From assembly GCA_949358305.1 (NCBI GenBank), contig OX442314.1, forward strand, positions 31,620,001 through 31,684,000: a stretch of DNA of 64,000 nucleotides, written 5' to 3'. This DNA comes from Strigamia acuminata. Lineage: Eukaryota. How positions within the stretch are numbered: the first letter of the stretch is position 1; each line of letters starts with the position of its first letter. The notes below the pieces were generated by a model. That model saw only the letters and a program-made list of their open reading frames with translations. It did not search any database and was not told where the DNA came from. This document shows positions 60,217 to 64,000 of the stretch, piece after piece. A program made the position numbers and the translations under genes.

Positions 60217-60437
60217 TGTTTTTTCAAACTTTTCGTCTCGATTTTCCAGAGAAGTTCCACACGACTGGTCAGTGGCGATCGCAGTGAATAAGTGATTTGA
60301 TCAACGAATGGTGGTGTTTAAGTATGGAACCGGAAGACGTCCCGCGAACGTTTAATTGGCGTATGGACCGCAGATGTTTTGTAAACAGTCTGTGATTGGT
60401 CCAAATGGGTCTCCCGATTTGAAGTGTCACCTAGCGG

Positions 60438-63400
60438 TCAATCCCGATATCGGATCGGTAAAACGTGATTTCTCGAAGGTCTATTTGAGTCCGAATTTGG
60501 TTTTGGTCGAGCCGTCGTGGGTTTTTGTGAATCCACTTGTGGCAACAGCAAGGGTTTTATTCTTTTTGGTTTCCCAAAAGGTTTTACTGGTGTTGGCAAC
60601 TTAGTTGCGATACCAGATTCCGTTGGTCGCACTGGAGTTGGCAATATTGTTGCTGTTCCAGTGTCCACAGGTTGGTTTTCAAGAACTTCTTCATCTTCCT
60701 TATCTAAAATGGGCCATTCAGCCTTTTCTTCTGAGGGGATGAATCTCCTGAGTTTTACAATGTTGTGTGTACCCCTCGCTTGCAAAGTTATTGGTTTCGC
60801 AAGGGCATACGCATTGTTGTTAAAGACTTTAGTTATTACATAAGGTCCTTCAAAGCGATCCTCAAGGGACGCAGCATATCGATTAGCAGCATTGGACAAT
60901 GGGTGGGTCTTTAGCAGAACCAAATCTCCAATTTCGAACTTATCGTCGCTGCGGTGTTGATCGTAGTAAGTTTTCTGTTTTGCTTGGGCCAGACTCTTAT
61001 TTTTAAAAGCTGCAGCAATCAGAGTACGGTGTCTAGCGACTAGCATTCTGACAGCGTCGTAGGGCCTATTTGGGTCGAATGGGGTGTCATAAGACACATC
61101 TCGATTATCCCAAAATGGTCGTAATTCCCTGCCATACGTCAGCATTGCTGGTGTAAAACCGGTAGACACATTTGGGGCAGAGTGCAAAGCAAAATTTATC
61201 TGGTCAATGCATCTGTCCCAGTGATCGTGCTCAAATGTAAAAATTCGAAGCATAATCTTGATATTCCTGTTTACGCGTTCAGTCAGGTTAGTCTGGGGAT
61301 GGTAAGGCGTTGCTTTAATTGGTACAACCCCTGCATCGTCACAGAGAGTCTGAAACACGTCAGAAATGAATTGGGGGCCATTATCGCTCAACATAAAACG
61401 AGGGCACCCATGACAGCTGAAAAATCGTCTTAAAATTGGTGCAATTGCAGTCATTTTAGCGGATCTCAGCGGTGTAGCTTCCATCCAGCCGGTGGCATAA
61501 TCCACCACAACTAGAATGAAGCGATTTCTGTTCGAGGTTCTAGGTAATGGACCTATTAGATCGATTCCTATCTTCTCAAAACGACCAATTTTTGGAGAAG
61601 TTGGGACCATCAATCCCTTTGGTTTTCTCTGAATCGGTTTGCAGCGTTGGCAGCGATTGCAGCTTGCTACATGAAGTTTTACTTCTTTTTGCATGCCAGG
61701 CCAGAAATAAACTCTTTTCAATCGCTCTAGAGTTACTTCAACTCCTCCGTGACCAGCCATCGGATGGTCGTGAATTAGTTGAAGTGCTGCGAGTTGCAGA
61801 GATGGTGGAATAAAGATTTTAAATCCAATTCCCAAATCCTCTTCCTCCACAAAGAAATCAGTTTTAAAAGGTGCATAAATAATAAGCATTCCTTTTCTAG
61901 TGAGTGTGCAGTCGTACTGCCTTTCTTCCAAGAACTTAGGAAGTTCTGGTCGAGGTTGTCCATCATCCAATTCCAACCATTCGATTAGTTTTGAAAGATG
62001 TTTATCTGCACGCTGCTGTAATATAATGTTCTCGAAAGACATCGGGTAATCGGTCTCATTGGTGAGATATGCCAGAGCAACAGGCTCTATAATCTCAGTT
62101 AGAGTTGCTTTCCCTTCTAATGGATTGCCATTATCAAGAGAGACTCTGGATAAGGCATCTGCGACTTGATTGTCGGTGCCTTTCCGGTACTTGATGGTGA
62201 AATTTTCATTCTGCAATTTCATTGCCCACCTAGCCAGTCTTCCAGCTGGATTTTCCATTGTCATGAGAAATCTCAGAGCATGATGGTCAGTCTCAACTTG
62301 GTATTCAGAATATTCAATGTATGGCTTGAACTTATCAACCGCCCAAACCACAGCTAAACATTCCAAATCGGTGGTGCTGTAGTTGTTTTCCGTGCCTTGC
62401 AGAGTTCTGCTGGCGTACGCAACTGGTCTTAAAGCACCATGGTCATCAATTTGCATGAGGACAGCTCCGAGCCCGCCGCCACTAGCATCTGTATGGATGG
62501 TGAAGTTGCGTGCGAAATCAGGCAGAGGCAGCATAATTCCTTTTGCAAGTTGATTTTTCAAATATTCGAAGGCAACATTGCATTCTTCAGACCATTCCCA
62601 TTTTGTATCTTTCTTTAGAAGGGCAAAGAACGGTTTTTGAGTAATACTCAATTTTGGAATCAGAGCAGCATAGAAACCCACCATTCCAATAAAACGCTGA
62701 AGTTGTTTTATACTGGAAGGGGTTGGATAATTTAAAATTGCTTCCACTTTGTCGTTGTTTGGGCTGTAACTCCCATTTGACATCGTGAAACCAAGAAAAC
62801 TTAGTTCTTCTGGGCAAATAAATGACTTTGACGGACTCGCTGTCAATTTATTTTTGTCTAATTTTGACAATATGTCATCTAAATGCTGAAGGTGTTCTTC
62901 AAATGAGTCGCTAAAGATGATAATATCATCGAGGTAAGCGAGTGCCCACTTGTGTTGTGCAGTTCCAAGAACTTGATCCATCATTCTCTGAAACGCACTG
63001 GGTGCATTGCACAGTCCGAAAGGCATACGAGTAAACTGGTATGTTCCATCAGAAGTAGAAAAAGCAGTTTTCTTCTTGTCACTTGGTTTAAGTTTTATTT
63101 GGTAATAACCTTTAGTTAAATCCAAAGTAGAAAAGAACTTTTTTCCACCTAAACAGGCCAAAATCATAGAAATTGAGGGCATCTGATAGACGTCCTTAAT
63201 TGTGATTTTATTTAGCCAGCGAAAGTCAATACAGAGGCGGTACCCTCCGTCTTTCTTTGCAACAATCACGGGGGGATTTTTATAACTCCCCTCGCAAGGT
63301 TCGGCCCAACCATCTCTCAGCAATTCAGCAACCAATTCGCGATAAATCTCAGCTTTCTTGGGATTCATTGGTCGGTCTTTGCATCGAAATGAAGGCGCAT

Positions 63401-64000
63401 CTCCAGTCGGAATTGGATGTTCCAACGTGGGGTGGCAGCCAGCTTTGTCACTAAACACATGTCTGTATTTTTCTACAAGAGTTAAGATTTGAGATCTCTG
63501 CCTTGGTGACAAATTGCTTTTTGCTAACAGTCTCTGGCTCAAATCAGCCGTGGAGACAGAAGGTGACTTTGATTCTGCAACCAAAGCATCCCATCGATCC
63601 ATTATTGCATTTCCAAGTTCTTCAGGCGATGGTGGGTCGTCGAAGGGAAATGTGTCATGTGGAAAATCAAGAAAGAAATATTCTCGATCTGTTAGATTGA
63701 GAACAATCCTATTTTCGATAATCCAAGAGCAACCTAATAATATAAATTTGGAAGCTGATGGAAGAACAGTAAATGTCACAGGGATTTCGCCACCCCGCCA
63801 CTTGAGTGACAGCGTGATTGTCCCGATTGGACGTGTTGGCCTATCGCCAGTGTATACAACTCGATTTTCTAAAAATGGAGTCATAAAGTGCAAGAGGTTT
63901 AGCTTTTTAAGCATTCCCCCGCTGATGTACCTGTGGGTTGCCCCAGAATCCATCAGAGCGGTGACCTTTAAACCGTTTAGTGTTGCTTTGAAGTAAGGCA
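60438..64000 (-). CDS. pol: Pol of copy C (5'-partial), intact
   Basis: DSGA protease through integrase; about a dozen amino-acid differences from Pol A. Confidence 0.96.
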   Translation of the reverse strand, partial: PYFKATLNGLKVTALMDSGATHRYISGGMLKKLNLLHFMTPFLENRVVYTGDRPTRPIGTITLSLKWRGGEIPVTFTVLPSASKFILLGCSWIIENRIVLNLTDREYFFLDFPHDTFPFDDPPSPEELGNAIMDRWDALVAESKSPSVSTADLSQRLLAKSNLSPRQRSQILTLVEKYRHVFSDKAGCHPTLEHPIPTGDAPSFRCKDRPMNPKKAEIYRELVAELLRDGWAEPCEGSYKNPPVIVAKKDGGYRLCIDFRWLNKITIKDVYQMPSISMILACLGGKKFFSTLDLTKGYYQIKLKPSDKKKTAFSTSDGTYQFTRMPFGLCNAPSAFQRMMDQVLGTAQHKWALAYLDDIIIFSDSFEEHLQHLDDILSKLDKNKLTASPSKSFICPEELSFLGFTMSNGSYSPNNDKVEAILNYPTPSSIKQLQRFIGMVGFYAALIPKLSITQKPFFALLKKDTKWEWSEECNVAFEYLKNQLAKGIMLPLPDFARNFTIHTDASGGGLGAVLMQIDDHGALRPVAYASRTLQGTENNYSTTDLECLAVVWAVDKFKPYIEYSEYQVETDHHALRFLMTMENPAGRLARWAMKLQNENFTIKYRKGTDNQVADALSRVSLDNGNPLEGKATLTEIIEPVALAYLTNETDYPMSFENIILQQRADKHLSKLIEWLELDDGQPRPELPKFLEERQYDCTLTRKGMLIIYAPFKTDFFVEEEDLGIGFKIFIPPSLQLAALQLIHDHPMAGHGGVEVTLERLKRVYFWPGMQKEVKLHVASCNRCQRCKPIQRKPKGLMVPTSPKIGRFEKIGIDLIGPLPRTSNRNRFILVVVDYATGWMEATPLRSAKMTAIAPILRRFFSCHGCPRFMLSDNGPQFISDVFQTLCDDAGVVPIKATPYHPQTNLTERVNRNIKIMLRIFTFEHDHWDRCIDQINFALHSAPNVSTGFTPAMLTYGRELRPFWDNRDVSYDTPFDPNRPYDAVRMLVARHRTLIAAAFKNKSLAQAKQKTYYDQHRSDDKFEIGDLVLLKTHPLSNAANRYAASLEDRFEGPYVITKVFNNNAYALAKPITLQARGTHNIVKLRRFIPSEEKAEWPILDKEDEEVLENQPVDTGTATILPTPVRPTESGIATKLPTPVKPFGKPKRIKPLLLPQVDSQKPTTARPKPNSDSNRPSRNHVLPIRYRD

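Larger units (their letters stand above)
57807..64000 (-). mobile_element. Gypsy copy C (same family as A); continues beyond the window end
   Basis: Near-identical reverse complement of ~3284-9454. Confidence 0.96.

Overview
AT-rich animal (probably arthropod) genomic DNA with ~60-80 nt introns, made almost entirely of mobile-element and virus-like sequence. Both ends carry young, near-identical Ty3/Gypsy LTR retrotransposons in opposite orientations. Copy A (+, 1-9454) shows gag, a -1 frameshift signal, pol, a non-env Zn-finger ORF3, the PPT and a 623-bp 3' LTR; copy C (-, 57807-64000) shows pol onwards. Copy C is inserted into gag of an older, rearranged relative (B, 53015-57806). From ~9.5 to 36.4 kb lies a patchwork of short, decayed fragments, and nearly every recognisable coding piece is on the minus strand. 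It includes Copia, Gypsy, SWIM and SAP/THAP transposon pieces, a probable bunyavirus-like nucleoprotein relic, a possible viral glycoprotein relic, and several diverged copies of four small unknown genes (spliced Pro-rich, spliced CxxCxxH, spliced PC4-like, coiled-coil/RING-H2) with partly conserved order. This resembles a uni-strand piRNA-cluster-type archive of an unrecognised DNA element or virus family. At 36.6-46.4 kb a decayed Copia element contains nested Tc1, MULE and full-length CR1/L2-type LINE insertions. One intact host gene, a BTB-BACK-Kelch protein with a ~1000-aa Ser-rich linker, lies at 46749-51572 (-). All homology calls were made by eye; no searches were run.
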